Shown here: positions 1 to 11,197 of the stretch, one piece after another
Numbering within the stretch: position 1 is the stretch's first letter
Layout: each line of letters begins with the position of its first letter
Source of the DNA: Pseudomonadota bacterium
GTDB taxonomy: Bacteria; Pseudomonadota; Alphaproteobacteria; Rhodospirillales; Magnetospirillaceae
Length of the DNA: 38,086 nt
Direction of reading: 5' to 3'
NCBI GenBank assembly: GCA_021818185.1
Contig: JAKAFA010000001.1
Coordinates: 1-38,086 of the forward strand
The notes under the pieces: model-generated
What the model saw: the letters and a program-made list of their open reading frames with translations, nothing else
Told to the model about the DNA's origin: nothing
Databases searched by the model: none
Position numbers and translations under genes: made by a program

Positions 1-127
1 GGGCGACAACGTGTCGATGGACGTCGAGCTGATCGCCCCCATCGCCATGGACGAAGGCCTGCGCTTCGCCATCCGCGAGGGTGGCCGCACGGTCGGCGCC
101 GGCGTGGTGGCGAAGATCGTCAAGTAA
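1..127 (+). CDS. tuf: Elongation factor Tu, C-terminal 41 codons (5'-truncated by window edge)
   Basis: Frame from nt 2 reads [41 protein letters not shown], then TAA at 125-127. This is the canonical EF-Tu C-terminus, and tuf normally precedes rpsJ. Confidence 0.9.
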   Translation, partial: GDNVSMDVELIAPIAMDEGLRFAIREGGRTVGAGVVAKIVK

Positions 128-151
128 GTCTCCCGGTTTCGGGAAACGGCG

Positions 152-186
152 GGCGCCCGGGAGCAATCCCGGGCGCCTTGTTGTTT
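152..186 (+). terminator. Rho-independent terminator after tuf
   Basis: Perfect 11-bp stem GGCGCCCGGGA (152-162) / TCCCGGGCGCC (167-177) with a GCAA tetraloop, followed by the T-rich tail TTGTTGTTT (178-186). Confidence 0.65.
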
Positions 187-221
187 CCGGGGCAATTCGC
201 GCGGCCGGCCGATTCCGGCTC

Positions 222-250
222 TTGCCAACGGTCCCGCCGGCCTGTATAAG
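222..250 (+). promoter_or_regulatory. Candidate sigma70-type promoter of the S10 operon
   Basis: TTGCCA (222-227), 17-nt spacer, TATAAG (245-250). It lies between the tuf terminator and rpsJ and would give a leader of about 140 nt. Confidence 0.35.
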
Positions 251-346
251 ACGTCCCTCGGCTTCGGCCTGTTCCGTAAGAGCGGCTCTCGACATGTAAG
301 GGCGGCTGACTGCGGGAGGTTCTTTGAACCGAACGAATTTCACTCC

Positions 347-375
347 GATCGGCGCCCCGATGAGGGGCGCCGATC
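347..375 (+). promoter_or_regulatory. Stable leader hairpin about 20 nt upstream of the rpsJ start
   Basis: Perfect 12-bp stem GATCGGCGCCCC (347-358) / GGGGCGCCGATC (364-375) with loop GATGA. A second small hairpin CCGAT-TT-ATCGG (375-386) follows. Confidence 0.3.
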
Positions 376-396
376 CGATTTATCGGATGACGTGCA

Positions 397-705
<309 letters not shown>

Positions 706-723
706 ACCCGAGGACTTCAAACG

Positions 724-1425
724 ATGCGATCCGGTCTCATCGCCCAGAAGGTCGGCATGACGAGGATCTTCAACGAGGACGGCACCCATGTGCCGGTCAC
801 CGTGTTGAAGGTCGACACCTGTCAGGTGGTCTCGACCCGCTCTGTGGAAAAGGACGGCTACTGTGCCGTGCAGCTCGGCGCCGGCAAGGCGAAGGTGAAG
901 AACGTTGGCCAGCCGATGCGCGGCCACTTCGCCAAGGCCAAGGTCGAGCCGAAGAAGAAGGTTGTCGAATTCCGCGTCACCGCCGAGAACCTGCTCGAGG
1001 TTGGCGCCGAGTTGTCGGCCGCCCATTTTATCGCCGGCCAGTTCGTCGACATCACCGGCACCACCATCGGCAAGGGCTTTGCCGGTGGCATGAAGCGCCA
1101 CAACTTCCGCGGTCTGGAAGCCACCCACGGCGTGTCGGTGTCGCACCGCTCCCACGGCTCCACCGGCCAGCGCCAGGACCCCGGCAAGGTGTTCAAGGGC
1201 AAGAAGATGGCCGGTCATATGGGCGACGTGCAGGTGACCACCCAGAACATCAAGGTGGTCTCGACCGACGCCGAGCGCGGCCTGATCCTGGTTAAGGGCT
1301 CGGTGCCCGGCGCCGACGGCGGCTGGGTGCTCATCCATGACGCGGTCAAGCGCAAGCTGCCCGACGGCGTGCCGTTCCCCGGCGCCCTGAAGGCCGCCGC
1401 CCCCACCGCCGAAGCCGGCGAGTAA
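724..1425 (+). CDS. rplC: 50S ribosomal protein L3
   Basis: 233-aa [19 protein letters not shown]...; conserved position after rpsJ. Confidence 0.97.
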   Translation: MRSGLIAQKVGMTRIFNEDGTHVPVTVLKVDTCQVVSTRSVEKDGYCAVQLGAGKAKVKNVGQPMRGHFAKAKVEPKKKVVEFRVTAENLLEVGAELSAAHFIAGQFVDITGTTIGKGFAGGMKRHNFRGLEATHGVSVSHRSHGSTGQRQDPGKVFKGKKMAGHMGDVQVTTQNIKVVSTDAERGLILVKGSVPGADGGWVLIHDAVKRKLPDGVPFPGALKAAAPTAEAGE

Positions 1426-1437
1426 GGAGCCACGGCG

Positions 1438-2055
1438 ATGAAGACGACGATTATCAGCCTGGACAACCAATCGGTCGGCGAGATCGAGCTGGCCGAGTCC
1501 GTGTTCGGCGTGCCGCTCCGCGTCGACCTGCTGCACCGGATGGTGGGCTACCAGCTGGCCAAGCGCCGCGCCGGTACCCACAAGACCAAGACGATCTCCG
1601 AGATCTCCGGCACCACCAAGAAGCCCTACAAGCAGAAGGGCACCGGCCACGCCCGTCAGGGCAGCTTGCGCAGCCCGCAGTTCCGCGGCGGCGCGACCAT
1701 TTTCGGCCCGGTGGTGCGCAGCCACGCCCACGACCTGCCCAAGAAGGTCCGCAAGCTGGCCCTCAAGGTGGCGCTGTCGGCCAAGGCGGCCGACGGCAAG
1801 CTGGTGGTGCTCGACCAGGCGGTCGCCGCCACCCCCAAGACCAAGGACCTGGCCACCCGCCTCAAGGCGCTGGGCTGGGGCTCGGTCCTGGTGATCGATG
1901 GCAAGGTCGACGACAATTTCGCGCTGGCGTCGCGCAACATGCCCTATGTGGACGTGCTGCCCGAGATCGGCGCCAACGTTTACGACATCCTGCGCCGCGA
2001 CACCCTGGTTCTGACCAAGGACGCGGTCGCGGCCCTGGAGGCTCGCCTGAAATGA
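1438..2055 (+). CDS. rplD: 50S ribosomal protein L4
   Basis: 205-aa ORF containing ...[31 protein letters not shown]...; operon order. Confidence 0.97.
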   Translation: MKTTIISLDNQSVGEIELAESVFGVPLRVDLLHRMVGYQLAKRRAGTHKTKTISEISGTTKKPYKQKGTGHARQGSLRSPQFRGGATIFGPVVRSHAHDLPKKVRKLALKVALSAKAADGKLVVLDQAVAATPKTKDLATRLKALGWGSVLVIDGKVDDNFALASRNMPYVDVLPEIGANVYDILRRDTLVLTKDAVAALEARLK

Positions 2056-2360
2056 GCAAGGTCAACCTCTCGAAGGAGCGGATGTATGACATCATCCGCG
2101 CTCCCGTGATCACCGAGAAGGCCACCATGGGCTCGGAGCACAACCAGGTCACCTTCAAGGTGCCGCTGGATGCCTCGAAGCCCGAGATCCGCGCCGCCGT
2201 CGAAGGCGTGTTCGGCGTCAAGGTCAAGGCCGTCAACACCTCGGTGCTCAAGGGCAAGGTGAAGCGGTTCAAGGGCCGGGTCGGCCAGCGCAGCGACGTC
2301 AAGAAGGCGATCGTGACGCTCGAGGCCGGTCATTCCATCGACGTGACGACGGGAGTCTGA
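2052..2360 (+). CDS. rplW: 50S ribosomal protein L23
   Basis: 102-aa [28 protein letters not shown]...; ATGA overlap with the rplD stop. Confidence 0.96.
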   Translation: MSKVNLSKERMYDIIRAPVITEKATMGSEHNQVTFKVPLDASKPEIRAAVEGVFGVKVKAVNTSVLKGKVKRFKGRVGQRSDVKKAIVTLEAGHSIDVTTGV

Positions 2361-2364
2361 CGCC

Positions 2365-3195
2365 ATGGCACTGAAGACCTTCAAGCCGACGTCGCCGGGC
2401 CGCCGCCAGCTCGTCCTCGTCGGCCGTTCCGACCTGTGGAAGGGCAAGCCTGAGAAGTCGCTGACCGAGGGCCTGCGATCGCAGGGCGGCCGCAACAACC
2501 TGGGCCGCATCACCGTCCGCTTCCGTGGCGGCGGGCACAAGCGCCGCTACCGCGTCATCGACTTCAAGCGCAACAAGTTCGATGTGGTGGGTACGGTCGA
2601 GCGTCTGGAATACGACCCCAACCGCACCGCCTTCATCGCCCTGATCCGCTACGAGGACGGCGAGAAGCGCTACATCGTGGCGCCGCAGCGCCTGGCCGCC
2701 GGCGACACGGTGGTGGCTGGTGAGCGCGTCGACATCAAGCCCGGCAATGCCATGCCGCTGAAGAACATCCCCGTCGGCACCGTGGTGCACAACGTGGAGC
2801 TCAAGGTGGGCAAGGGCGGTCAGATTGCCCGCTCGGCCGGTACCTACGTTCAGTTGGTCGGCAAGGACCAGGGCTACGCCCAGCTCCGCCTGTCGTCGGG
2901 CGAGCTGCGGATGGTCCGCGGCGAGTGCATGGCGACCATCGGCGCGGTGTCCAACCCGGACCAGCAAAACGTCTCGCTCGGCAAGGCCGGCCGCCAGCGC
3001 TGGCTGGGCATGCGCCCGCATGTCCGCGGTGTCGCCATGAACCCCATCGACCACCCGCATGGCGGTGGCGAGGGTCGCACCTCGGGCGGCCGTCACCCGG
3101 TCACTCCGTGGGGCAAGCCGACCAAGGGCAAGAAGACTCGTAGCAACAAGAAGACGGATCGGCTGATCATGCGCCGCCGTCAACTGAGCAAGTAA
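2365..3195 (+). CDS. rplB: 50S ribosomal protein L2
   Basis: 276-aa [18 protein letters not shown]... containing ...[25 protein letters not shown].... Confidence 0.98.
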   Translation: MALKTFKPTSPGRRQLVLVGRSDLWKGKPEKSLTEGLRSQGGRNNLGRITVRFRGGGHKRRYRVIDFKRNKFDVVGTVERLEYDPNRTAFIALIRYEDGEKRYIVAPQRLAAGDTVVAGERVDIKPGNAMPLKNIPVGTVVHNVELKVGKGGQIARSAGTYVQLVGKDQGYAQLRLSSGELRMVRGECMATIGAVSNPDQQNVSLGKAGRQRWLGMRPHVRGVAMNPIDHPHGGGEGRTSGGRHPVTPWGKPTKGKKTRSNKKTDRLIMRRRQLSK

Positions 3196-3206
3196 GGAGG
3201 GACGAG

Positions 3207-3485
3207 ATGGCTCGTTCCGTTTGGAAGGGTCCGTTTGTCGACGGCTATCTGCTCAAGAAGGCGGACAAGTCGCGTGGGTCGGGTCGCAATGAGGTCATCA
3301 AGATCTGGTCGCGCCGCTCCACCATTCTGCCGCAGTTCGTGGGGCTGACCTTCGGCGTCTACAACGGCCAGAAGTTCATCCCGGTTCTCGTCACCGAGAA
3401 CATGGTCGGCCACAAGTTCGGCGAGTTCTCGCCGACCCGGACCTATTACGGTCACGGTGTCGACAAGAAGGCGAAGAGGAAGTAG
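3207..3485 (+). CDS. rpsS: 30S ribosomal protein S19
   Basis: 92-aa [21 protein letters not shown]...[10 protein letters not shown].... Confidence 0.97.
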   Translation: MARSVWKGPFVDGYLLKKADKSRGSGRNEVIKIWSRRSTILPQFVGLTFGVYNGQKFIPVLVTENMVGHKFGEFSPTRTYYGHGVDKKAKRK

Positions 3486-3487
3486 CC

Positions 3488-3877
3488 ATGGGCAAGAAAA
3501 CCGCAGAGCGCGTCCTGGCGGACAACGAGGCCAAGGCCTTCTCCGCCTCGATCCGCACCAGCCCGCGCAAGCTGAACGTGGTGGCCGAATCGATCCGCGG
3601 CCTCAAGGCCGATGCCGCCGTGCACCAGCTCGCTTTCTCGCGCCGCCGGGTGGCGCAGGACGTCAAGAAGGTGCTGCAATCGGCCATCGCCAACGCCGAG
3701 AACAACCACCAGCTCGACGTCGACCGGCTCTACGTCGCCGAGGCCTATGTCGGCAAGGCGATGGTGATGAAGCGGTGGCGGGCCCGCGCCCGCGGCCGCG
3801 TCGGCCGGATCGAAAAGCCGTTCTCGAACCTCACCGTCATCGTGCGCGAGCGCGAAGAAGCGACCGGGGAAGAATAA
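3488..3877 (+). CDS. rplV: 50S ribosomal protein L22
   Basis: 129-aa ORF containing ...[20 protein letters not shown]...; operon order. Confidence 0.95.
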   Translation: MGKKTAERVLADNEAKAFSASIRTSPRKLNVVAESIRGLKADAAVHQLAFSRRRVAQDVKKVLQSAIANAENNHQLDVDRLYVAEAYVGKAMVMKRWRARARGRVGRIEKPFSNLTVIVREREEATGEE

Positions 3878-3880
3878 GCC

Positions 3881-4564
3881 ATGGGCCAGAAAGTCAATCC
3901 GATCGGTCTGCGCGTCGGCATCAACCGCACCTGGGATTCCCGTTGGTTCGCCGACGAGGGCTATGCCAAGCTGCTGCACGAAGACCTGCGCCTGCGTAAG
4001 CATCTGCGCGAGAAGCTGGTTCAGGCCGGCGTGTCGCGCGTCGTCATCGAGCGTCCGGCCAAGAAGGCCCGCATCACCATCCACACCGCCCGTCCGGGCG
4101 TGGTGATCGGCAAGAAGGGCGCGGACATCGAGGTGCTCCGCAAGGAGCTGGGCAAGATGACCGGCGGCGAAGTGCATCTCAACATCGTCGAGATCCGCAA
4201 GCCGGAACTGGAAGCGCAGCTGGTGGCCGAGTCCATCGCCCAGCAGCTGGAGCGCCGGGTTTCCTTCCGCCGCGCCATGAAGCGCGCCGTGCAGTCGGCC
4301 ATGCGCCTGGGCGCCCAGGGCATCCGGATCAACTGCTCCGGCCGTCTGGGCGGCGCCGAGATCGCCCGCATGGAATGGTACCGCGAGGGCCGCGTGCCGC
4401 TGCACACCCTGCGTGCGGACATCGATTACGGCATCGGCACGGCGAAGACCACCTACGGCACCTGCGGCATCAAGGTCTGGGTGTTCAAGGGCGAGATCCT
4501 TGCCCACGATCCCATGGCCCAGGACAAGCGCGCCGCGGGCGAGACCGCCCCGGCCGGCCGCTGA
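3881..4564 (+). CDS. rpsC: 30S ribosomal protein S3
   Basis: 227-aa [27 protein letters not shown].... Confidence 0.98.
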   Translation: MGQKVNPIGLRVGINRTWDSRWFADEGYAKLLHEDLRLRKHLREKLVQAGVSRVVIERPAKKARITIHTARPGVVIGKKGADIEVLRKELGKMTGGEVHLNIVEIRKPELEAQLVAESIAQQLERRVSFRRAMKRAVQSAMRLGAQGIRINCSGRLGGAEIARMEWYREGRVPLHTLRADIDYGIGTAKTTYGTCGIKVWVFKGEILAHDPMAQDKRAAGETAPAGR

Positions 4565-4579
4565 GAGAGGGTTTGAGAG

Positions 4580-4996
4580 ATGCTTTCTCCTAAGCGCACC
4601 AAATACCGCAAGGCCCACAAGGGCCGCATCCACGGCGACGCCAAGGGCGGCACCGCGCTCAATTTCGGCGCCTTCGGCCTGAAGGCGTTGGAGCCCGAGC
4701 GCATCACCGCCCGCCAGATCGAGGCCGCCCGCCGCGCGCTGACCCGTCACCTGAAGCGCATGGGCCGCGTGTGGATCCGCATCTTCCCGGACGTGCCGGT
4801 GTCGACCAAGCCCGCCGAAGTGCGTATGGGGTCGGGCAAGGGCTCGCCGGAATACTGGGTCTGCCGCGTCAAGCCGGGCCGCATCATGTTCGAAGTGGAC
4901 GGCGTGCCGGAAGACCTGGCGCGGCGTGGCTTCGAGCTGGCCGCCGCCAAGCTGCCGATCAAGACCAAGTTCGTCACCCGCATCGGAGAGGCCTGA
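4580..4996 (+). CDS. rplP: 50S ribosomal protein L16
   Basis: 138-aa [19 protein letters not shown].... Confidence 0.98.
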   Translation: MLSPKRTKYRKAHKGRIHGDAKGGTALNFGAFGLKALEPERITARQIEAARRALTRHLKRMGRVWIRIFPDVPVSTKPAEVRMGSGKGSPEYWVCRVKPGRIMFEVDGVPEDLARRGFELAAAKLPIKTKFVTRIGEA

Positions 4997-4998
4997 TC

Positions 4999-5205
4999 AT
5001 GGCGACCAAGGGAGCCGAGCTCACCGCCAAGACCGACGATCAGCTCAAGGACCGTCTGGTCGAGCTGAAGAAGGAGCAGTTCAATCTGCGCTTCCAGCGG
5101 GCCTCCGGTCAGCTGGAGAACACCGCGCGGGTGCGCACGGTGCGCCGCGAGATTGCGGTGATCAAGACCATCCTCGGCCAGCGCGCCCGCGCTGCCGCGG
5201 TTTAG
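4999..5205 (+). CDS. rpmC: 50S ribosomal protein L29
   Basis: Internal ATG at 4999 of ORF 4771..5205 gives the 68-aa protein [46 protein letters not shown].... It starts 2 nt after the rplP stop. The upstream part of the ORF overlaps rplP out of frame. Confidence 0.93.
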   Translation: MATKGAELTAKTDDQLKDRLVELKKEQFNLRFQRASGQLENTARVRTVRREIAVIKTILGQRARAAAV

Positions 5206-5218
5206 GGAGAGCTGAGCA

Positions 5219-5458
5219 ATGCCGAAGCGCATTCTTCAGGGCGTCGTGGTCAGCGACAAGATGGACAAGACCGTGGTGGTCAGCGTCGAACGGCGCGTGA
5301 TGCACCCGATCTACAAGAAGTTCATCCGTCGTTCGAAGAAGTACCACGCGCACGATGAGAACAACACCTTCAAGACCGGCGAAACCGTGCGCATCCGCGA
5401 GTGCCGCCCGATCTCGAAGACCAAGTGTTGGGAAGTGATCGTCGAGCCCCAGGCTTGA
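5219..5458 (+). CDS. rpsQ: 30S ribosomal protein S17
   Basis: 79-aa [24 protein letters not shown].... Confidence 0.96.
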   Translation: MPKRILQGVVVSDKMDKTVVVSVERRVMHPIYKKFIRRSKKYHAHDENNTFKTGETVRIRECRPISKTKCWEVIVEPQA

Positions 5459-5490
5459 CGTTATCGACCGACTGAGAAGGAAGACACGCA

Positions 5491-5859
5491 ATGATCCAGA
5501 TGCAAACCAACCTGGACGTCGCCGATAATTCGGGTGCCCGCCGGGTGCAGTGCATCAAGGTTCTGGGTGGCTCGCACCGCACCATCGCCACGGTGGGCGA
5601 CGTCATCGTCGTTTCCATCAAGGAGGCGATCCCGCGCGGCCGTGTGAAGAAGGGTGACGTGCACCGCGCCGTCATCGTCCGCACCGCCAAGGAGATCCGC
5701 CGCCCCGACGGTACCGCGATCCGCTTCGACACCAACGCCGCCGTGCTGATCAACAAGCAGGGCGAGCCGATCGGCACCCGTATCTTCGGGCCGGTGACGC
5801 GCGAACTGCGCGGCAAGAAGTTCATGAAGATCATCTCGCTGGCTCCGGAGGTGTTGTGA
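5491..5859 (+). CDS. rplN: 50S ribosomal protein L14
   Basis: 122-aa [30 protein letters not shown].... Confidence 0.98.
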   Translation: MIQMQTNLDVADNSGARRVQCIKVLGGSHRTIATVGDVIVVSIKEAIPRGRVKKGDVHRAVIVRTAKEIRRPDGTAIRFDTNAAVLINKQGEPIGTRIFGPVTRELRGKKFMKIISLAPEVL

Positions 5860-6179
5860 TGTCCTCCATGAACGTGAAGAAGGGCGACCGCGTGGTCGTG
5901 CTGGCCGGCAAGGACAAGGGCAAGAAGGGCGAAGTGCTCTCCGCCAGCCCAAAGGATAACCGCGTGGTGGTCCAGGGCGTCAACATGGTCAAGCGTCACC
6001 AACGTCCGACCCCCTCCCATCCCGGCGGCATCGTCGAGAAGGAAGCGTCGATCCACGTGTCCAACGTGGCCCACATCGACCCCAAGGACGACAAGCCGAC
6101 CCGCATCGGCATCAAGATCCTCGACGACGGTCGCAAGGTCCGCGTGGCCCGGCGCTCCGGCGAGGTCATCGACCGGTAA
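5859..6179 (+). CDS. rplX: 50S ribosomal protein L24
   Basis: ORF 5856..6179 contains ...[22 protein letters not shown].... The ATG at 5859 overlaps the rplN TGA (TGATG). The GTG at 5856 is an alternative start. Confidence 0.94.
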   Translation: MSSMNVKKGDRVVVLAGKDKGKKGEVLSASPKDNRVVVQGVNMVKRHQRPTPSHPGGIVEKEASIHVSNVAHIDPKDDKPTRIGIKILDDGRKVRVARRSGEVIDR

Positions 6180-6195
6180 GGGGGGAGTAAGGATC

Positions 6196-6738
6196 ATGGC
6201 TGCACGGTTGCGTACCCACTACGACACGGTCGTCCGGAAGGCGTTGCAGACGGAGTTCGATTACAAGAACCCGATGCAGGTGCCGAAGCTGGAAAAGATC
6301 GTCATCAACATGGGCGTCGGCGAAGCCGCCCAGGACGCCAAGAAGATCGACTCGGCCCTGGCCGAGCTGACCGCCATCACCGGCCAGAAGCCGGTGGTGA
6401 CCCGCGCCAAGAAGTCCATCGCCCAGTTCAAGCTGCGCGAGGGCCAGGTGGTGGGCTGCAAGGTCACTCTGCGGGCCGACCGCATGTACGAGTTCCTCGA
6501 CAGGCTGGTCAACATTGCGCTGCCCCGCGTCCGCGACTTCCGCGGCGTGCCGGGCAAGAGCTTCGACGGCCGCGGCAACTACTCGCTGGGGCTCAAGGAG
6601 CAGATCGTGTTCCCGGAAATCAACTACGACCAGGTCGAGGCGATCCGGGGCATGGACATCATCTTCGTCACGACGGCCAAGTCCGACAAGGAAGCCAAGG
6701 CGCTTCTCAAGGGCTTCGACATGCCGTTCGCTGGCTGA
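6196..6738 (+). CDS. rplE: 50S ribosomal protein L5
   Basis: 180-aa [47 protein letters not shown].... Confidence 0.97.
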   Translation: MAARLRTHYDTVVRKALQTEFDYKNPMQVPKLEKIVINMGVGEAAQDAKKIDSALAELTAITGQKPVVTRAKKSIAQFKLREGQVVGCKVTLRADRMYEFLDRLVNIALPRVRDFRGVPGKSFDGRGNYSLGLKEQIVFPEINYDQVEAIRGMDIIFVTTAKSDKEAKALLKGFDMPFAG

Positions 6739-6756
6739 GGCAGGAGATTTTTCGCA

Positions 6757-7062
6757 ATGGCTAAGATCAGCTCCGTCGAGCGCAACAAGAAGCGCGAGCG
6801 CATGGCCAAGCAGCAGCAAGGCAAGCGGGCGCGGCTCAAGGCGATCGTCATGAACCGGGACTCCTCGCCCGAGGACCGCTTCGAAGCGGCCCTGAAGCTG
6901 GCCGAGATGCCCCGTAACGGCTCGAAGGTCCGCGTGCGGCTCCGCTGCGAGCTCACCGGGCGTCCGCGCGGCAACTACCGCAAGTTCAAGGTGTGCCGCA
7001 ACAAGCTGCGGGAACTGGCCTCTCTGGGCCAGATCCCCGGCATGGTGAAGTCGAGCTGGTAG
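6757..7062 (+). CDS. rpsN: 30S ribosomal protein S14 (long, 101-aa form)
   Basis: [19 protein letters not shown]...[15 protein letters not shown]. Confidence 0.96.
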   Translation: MAKISSVERNKKRERMAKQQQGKRARLKAIVMNRDSSPEDRFEAALKLAEMPRNGSKVRVRLRCELTGRPRGNYRKFKVCRNKLRELASLGQIPGMVKSSW

Positions 7063-7075
7063 GGAGAAGGAAGAG

Positions 7076-7474
7076 ATGTCGCTCACCGATCCCATCGGCG
7101 ATCTGCTCGCCCGCATCCGCAACGGTCAGCGGGCCAACAAGTCGGCGGTCACTTCGCCGGCCTCCAAGCTGCGCGCCAACGTGCTGGAAGTCCTCAAGCG
7201 CGAGGGCTACATCCGCGGCTATTCTCAGGCTGAGCTGCGCCCCGGCGTGGCCGAACTCACCATCGAGCTCAAGTACCACGAGGGCCGTCCGGTGATTTCC
7301 GAGATCCAGCGGGTGTCCAAGCCGGGCCGCCGCGTTTATTCCAAGATCGGCGATCTGCCGCGTGTCGCCAACGGGTTGGGTATCGCCATCCTGTCGACCC
7401 CGCGCGGCGTGATGTCGGACGGCGAGGCTCGCGCCCAGCATGTGGGCGGCGAAGTCCTCTGCCAAGTGTTCTAA
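7076..7474 (+). CDS. rpsH: 30S ribosomal protein S8
   Basis: 132-aa [23 protein letters not shown].... Confidence 0.97.
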   Translation: MSLTDPIGDLLARIRNGQRANKSAVTSPASKLRANVLEVLKREGYIRGYSQAELRPGVAELTIELKYHEGRPVISEIQRVSKPGRRVYSKIGDLPRVANGLGIAILSTPRGVMSDGEARAQHVGGEVLCQVF

Positions 7475-7486
7475 GGAGGGACTCAC

Positions 7487-8020
7487 ATGTCGCGAGTCGG
7501 CAAATACCCCGTGCCGGTGCCGTCTGGAGTCACCGTCCAGATCGCCGGCAAGGCCCTTTCCGTCAAGGGCAAGCTGGGTGAGTCGGCGCTCACCCTGTCG
7601 GACGACGTCGACGTTACCGTCGACGGCGGCCTGGTGACCGTCAACCCGGTGTCCGAAACCAAGCGGGCCCGCATGATGTGGGGCACCACCCGCGCGCTGA
7701 TCAACAACATGGTCAAGGGCGTTTCCGACGGCTTCACCGTCAATCTGGAGATCAACGGCGTCGGTTACCGCGCCGCGGTGCAGGGCAAGACCTTGCAGCT
7801 GCAGCTCGGTTTCTCCCACGACGTCGATTATCCGATCCCGGACGATGTGACCATCAAGTGCGAGAAGCCCACTGCTATCGCCATCACCGGCCGCGACAAG
7901 CAGCGGGTGGGTCAGATCGCCTCGGAAATCCGCGCGTACCGTGGTCCCGAGCCCTATAAGGGCAAGGGCATCAAGTACGAGACCGAGACCATCCTCCGCA
8001 AGGAAGGCAAGAAGAAGTAA
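7487..8020 (+). CDS. rplF: 50S ribosomal protein L6
   Basis: 177-aa [20 protein letters not shown]...[14 protein letters not shown].... Confidence 0.97.
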   Translation: MSRVGKYPVPVPSGVTVQIAGKALSVKGKLGESALTLSDDVDVTVDGGLVTVNPVSETKRARMMWGTTRALINNMVKGVSDGFTVNLEINGVGYRAAVQGKTLQLQLGFSHDVDYPIPDDVTIKCEKPTAIAITGRDKQRVGQIASEIRAYRGPEPYKGKGIKYETETILRKEGKKK

Positions 8021-8031
8021 GGGGCTCCGCC

Positions 8032-8391
8032 ATGACGCCGAAGACTTTGTTCGAGCGCCGGAAGCGGCGCAACCGTGTCTCCCTAGCCGCCAAGTCGGGT
8101 GGCCGCTTGCGGCTGTCGGTCTTCCGGTCCGGGAAGCACATCTATGCCCAGGTCATCGACGACTTGGTCGGCCGCACCCTTGCCGCCGCCTCGTCGCTCG
8201 ACAAGGACCTCAAGGGCGCCTTGAAGACCGGCGCCGACATCGCGGCGGCGACCGCGGTCGGCAAGCTGCTCGCCGAGCGGGCCAAGGCGGCCGGCATCAC
8301 CGAGGTGGTGTTCGACCGTGGCGGCTACATCTATCACGGCCGGGTCAAGGCCCTGGCCGATGGGGCCCGCGAAGGCGGCCTGTCTTTCTGA
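8032..8391 (+). CDS. rplR: 50S ribosomal protein L18
   Basis: 119-aa ORF containing ...[18 protein letters not shown]...[26 protein letters not shown]. Confidence 0.96.
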   Translation: MTPKTLFERRKRRNRVSLAAKSGGRLRLSVFRSGKHIYAQVIDDLVGRTLAAASSLDKDLKGALKTGADIAAATAVGKLLAERAKAAGITEVVFDRGGYIYHGRVKALADGAREGGLSF

Positions 8392-8403
8392 GGAAGCAAG
8401 AAC

Positions 8404-9048
8404 ATGGCACGTAATCCCAATCCGGATCGTGAGAATCCCGAGCGCGGCCGTCGCGGCCGCGGCGGCGACGGCGAACGGGAAGGCGGCCGCGGACGCGGTC
8501 GTGGCGGTTCCGAGCAGCAGCGCGAGCGCGAGGAAAGCGAGTTCGTCGACAAGCTGGTCCACATCAACCGCGTGGCCAAGGTGGTCAAGGGCGGCCGGCG
8601 CTTCGCCTTCGCGGCCCTGGTTGTGGTCGGCGACGCCAAGGGCCGGGTCGGTTTCGGCTCGGGCAAGGCCCGCGAGGTCCCCGAGGCGATCCGCAAGGCC
8701 ACCGACCAGGCCAAGCGCAACATGATCAAGGTCGCCCTGCGCGAGGGCCGTACCCTGCACCATGACGTGATCGGCCATTTCGGGGCCGGCCGCGTGGTGC
8801 TGCGGGCCGCACCGGCCGGTACCGGCATCATCGCCGGCGGTCCGATGCGCGCGGTGTTCGAGACCATGGGCGTGGCGGATGTCGTGGCCAAGTGCCTCGG
8901 CACCTCCAACCCCCACAACATGGTCAAGGCGACCTTCGCCGCGCTGGAGAACCTGTGCTCGCCGCGGTCCATCGCCGCCAAGCGCGGCAAGAAGGTGGGC
9001 GAGATCATCGGCCGGCGCGACGGCGCCGCCGCGGCCACCGCGGCGTGA
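8404..9048 (+). CDS. rpsE: 30S ribosomal protein S5 with an Arg/Gly/Glu-rich N-terminal extension
   Basis: 214-aa ORF. The core ...[31 protein letters not shown]... is S5. The first ~45 aa are RG/E-rich. Confidence 0.95.
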   Translation: MARNPNPDRENPERGRRGRGGDGEREGGRGRGRGGSEQQREREESEFVDKLVHINRVAKVVKGGRRFAFAALVVVGDAKGRVGFGSGKAREVPEAIRKATDQAKRNMIKVALREGRTLHHDVIGHFGAGRVVLRAAPAGTGIIAGGPMRAVFETMGVADVVAKCLGTSNPHNMVKATFAALENLCSPRSIAAKRGKKVGEIIGRRDGAAAATAA

Positions 9049-9061
9049 CGGAGCGTAAGCG

Positions 9062-9253
9062 ATGAGCGACACCACCAAGAAGACCGTGCGGGTCACCCAG
9101 GTGCATAGCCCGATCGGCCGTCCGGCCGATCAGCGCGCCACCCTGATCGGGCTGGGCCTGAACAAGCTGCATCGCACCAGCGAGCTGGAGGACACTCCGG
9201 CGGTGCGGGGCATGATCAACAAGGTCAAGCACCTGCTGCGGGTCGAGGATTGA
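9062..9253 (+). CDS. rpmD: 50S ribosomal protein L30
   Basis: 63-aa ORF containing ...[30 protein letters not shown].... Confidence 0.95.
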   Translation: MSDTTKKTVRVTQVHSPIGRPADQRATLIGLGLNKLHRTSELEDTPAVRGMINKVKHLLRVED

Positions 9254-9257
9254 TACG

Positions 9258-9737
9258 ATGAGCAAGCTCAACGACCTCCGCGACAACGCGGGCGCCCGTT
9301 ACAAGTCGAAGCGGGTCGGCCGCGGTATCGGTTCGGGCAAGGGCAAGACGTCCGGTAAGGGCGTCAAGGGCCAGACGTCGCGCACCGGCGTGGCGCTGCA
9401 TGGCTTCGAAGGCGGTCAGATGCCCATCTACCGCCGTCTGCCCAAGCGCGGCTTCAACAACATCTTCCGCAAGGAATATGCCGAGGTGAATCTCGGCCGC
9501 CTGCAGACCGCGATCGAGGCCGGCCGCCTCGATGCCGGCCAGGCCATTACCGCCGGCACCCTGGTGGCGGCGGGGGTGATCGGCCACGCGCGCGATGGGG
9601 TGCGTCTCCTTGCGCGCGGCGAACTCAAGACCAAGGTGACCATCGAGGTTGCCGGCGCTTCGAAGGCGGCCATCGCCGCCGTCGAGAAGCTCGGCGGCTC
9701 GGTGACCGTCGCGGCCGCGAAGGCGGCTGAGGGTTGA
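9258..9737 (+). CDS. rplO: 50S ribosomal protein L15
   Basis: 159-aa [38 protein letters not shown].... Confidence 0.96.
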   Translation: MSKLNDLRDNAGARYKSKRVGRGIGSGKGKTSGKGVKGQTSRTGVALHGFEGGQMPIYRRLPKRGFNNIFRKEYAEVNLGRLQTAIEAGRLDAGQAITAGTLVAAGVIGHARDGVRLLARGELKTKVTIEVAGASKAAIAAVEKLGGSVTVAAAKAAEG

Positions 9738-9832
9738 TCCCTCGGCCGGTCTCGGCTAAGAACCCCGCCTAGACCTGAACAGGGCCGTCCGTACGGGCGG
9801 CCCTGCACGCCCTTTCATCATCGGAGAATGGC

Positions 9833-11179
9833 ATGGCCTCCGCCGCCGAGCAGCTCGCCGCCAATCTGAACTTCGGAGTGTTGGCCAAGGCGACCGACCT
9901 CAAGAAGAGGATCTGGTTCACGATCGCCGCGTTGGCCGTGTACCGGCTGGGGACCTATATCCCCATGCCCGGCGTCAATCCTCAGGTGATGGCCGACATG
10001 TTCCGCCAGACCGGGGGCGGCATCCTCGGCATGTTCGACATGCTGGCCGGCGGCGCGTTGAGCCGCATGACCATCTTCGCGCTGAACATCATGCCCTACA
10101 TCTCGGCCTCCATCATCATGCAGCTGATGGCGACCGTCGTTCCCTCGCTGGAAGCGGTAAAAAAAGAAGGCGAGATGGGGCGCAAAAAGATTAACCAGTA
10201 TACGCGCTACCTGACGGTGGCCATTGCCGCCTTCCAGGCTTACGGCATCGCCGCCGGTCTGTTGGGGATGAGCGGCAGCCACGGGGCGGCGGTATTCATG
10301 GACAACCAGCTGCTGTTCCGCTTCACCACCGTGATCACCCTGGTGGGCGGGACCCTGTTCCTGATGTGGCTGGGCGAGCAGATCACCGCGCGCGGCATCG
10401 GCCAGGGCACCTCGCTGATCATCATGGCCGGCATCGTCGCCCGTCTGCCCGCCGCCTTCGCCCAAACCCTGGAACTGGGCCGCACCGGCGCGCTGCCGGT
10501 GATCCTCATCCTGGGGCTGGTGGTGGGCAGCGTGGTGGTGGTGGGCGTCATCGTCTACTTCGAGCGCGCGCAGCGGCGCATCGTGGTGCAGTACCCGAAG
10601 CGCCAGGTCGGCAACAAGATGTTCGGCGGCGAAGCGAGCCACATGCCGCTGAAGCTCAACACCTCGGGCGTGATTCCGCCGATCTTCGCCAGCTCCATCC
10701 TGCTGATGCCGGTGACCGTCGCGCAGTTCGCCGCCTCCGGCGGGCCGGGCTGGCTGACCACCTTTACCTCGATCATGGGGCGCGGCCAGCCGCTTTACCT
10801 GATCGTCTATTCCCTTCTCATAATATTCTTTGCCTTCTTCTATACCGCCGTGGTGTTCAATCCCACCGAGACGGCGGATAACCTGAAGAAATACGGCGGC
10901 TTTATCCCTGGAATCCGGCCGGGCAAGAATACCGCCGACTACCTGGATTATGTCCTGACCCGCCTGACGGTGGTGGGCGCGGCCTACCTGACCGTGCTTT
11001 GTATCCTGCCCGAATTGCTGATTGCCAAGTGGTCTCTGCCCTTTTACTTTGGCGGTACCAGCCTGCTGATCGTGGTCACGGTGACAATGGACACCGTCGC
11101 CCAGATCCAGTCGCATCTGTTGGCACACCAGTACGAGGGCCTGATCAAGAGGTCCCGTCTGAGAGGACGGCGCGGGTAG
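9833..11179 (+). CDS. secY: Preprotein translocase subunit SecY
   Basis: 448-aa polytopic ORF containing ...LKKRIWFTIAALAVYRLGTYIPMPGV... and ...GGTSLLIVV...; canonical position after rplO. Confidence 0.97.
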   Translation: MASAAEQLAANLNFGVLAKATDLKKRIWFTIAALAVYRLGTYIPMPGVNPQVMADMFRQTGGGILGMFDMLAGGALSRMTIFALNIMPYISASIIMQLMATVVPSLEAVKKEGEMGRKKINQYTRYLTVAIAAFQAYGIAAGLLGMSGSHGAAVFMDNQLLFRFTTVITLVGGTLFLMWLGEQITARGIGQGTSLIIMAGIVARLPAAFAQTLELGRTGALPVILILGLVVGSVVVVGVIVYFERAQRRIVVQYPKRQVGNKMFGGEASHMPLKLNTSGVIPPIFASSILLMPVTVAQFAASGGPGWLTTFTSIMGRGQPLYLIVYSLLIIFFAFFYTAVVFNPTETADNLKKYGGFIPGIRPGKNTADYLDYVLTRLTVVGAAYLTVLCILPELLIAKWSLPFYFGGTSLLIVVTVTMDTVAQIQSHLLAHQYEGLIKRSRLRGRRG

Positions 11180-11197
11180 CGCCAGGTAGGGAGGAAC

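Noticed and set aside
8404-8540. Arg/Gly/Glu-rich N-terminal extension of S5 as a possible anomaly or fusion
   Set aside because: As far as I recall, such charged N-terminal extensions on S5 are common in Alphaproteobacteria. It is in frame with a good start, and I see no sign of a fusion or repeat expansion at the DNA level.
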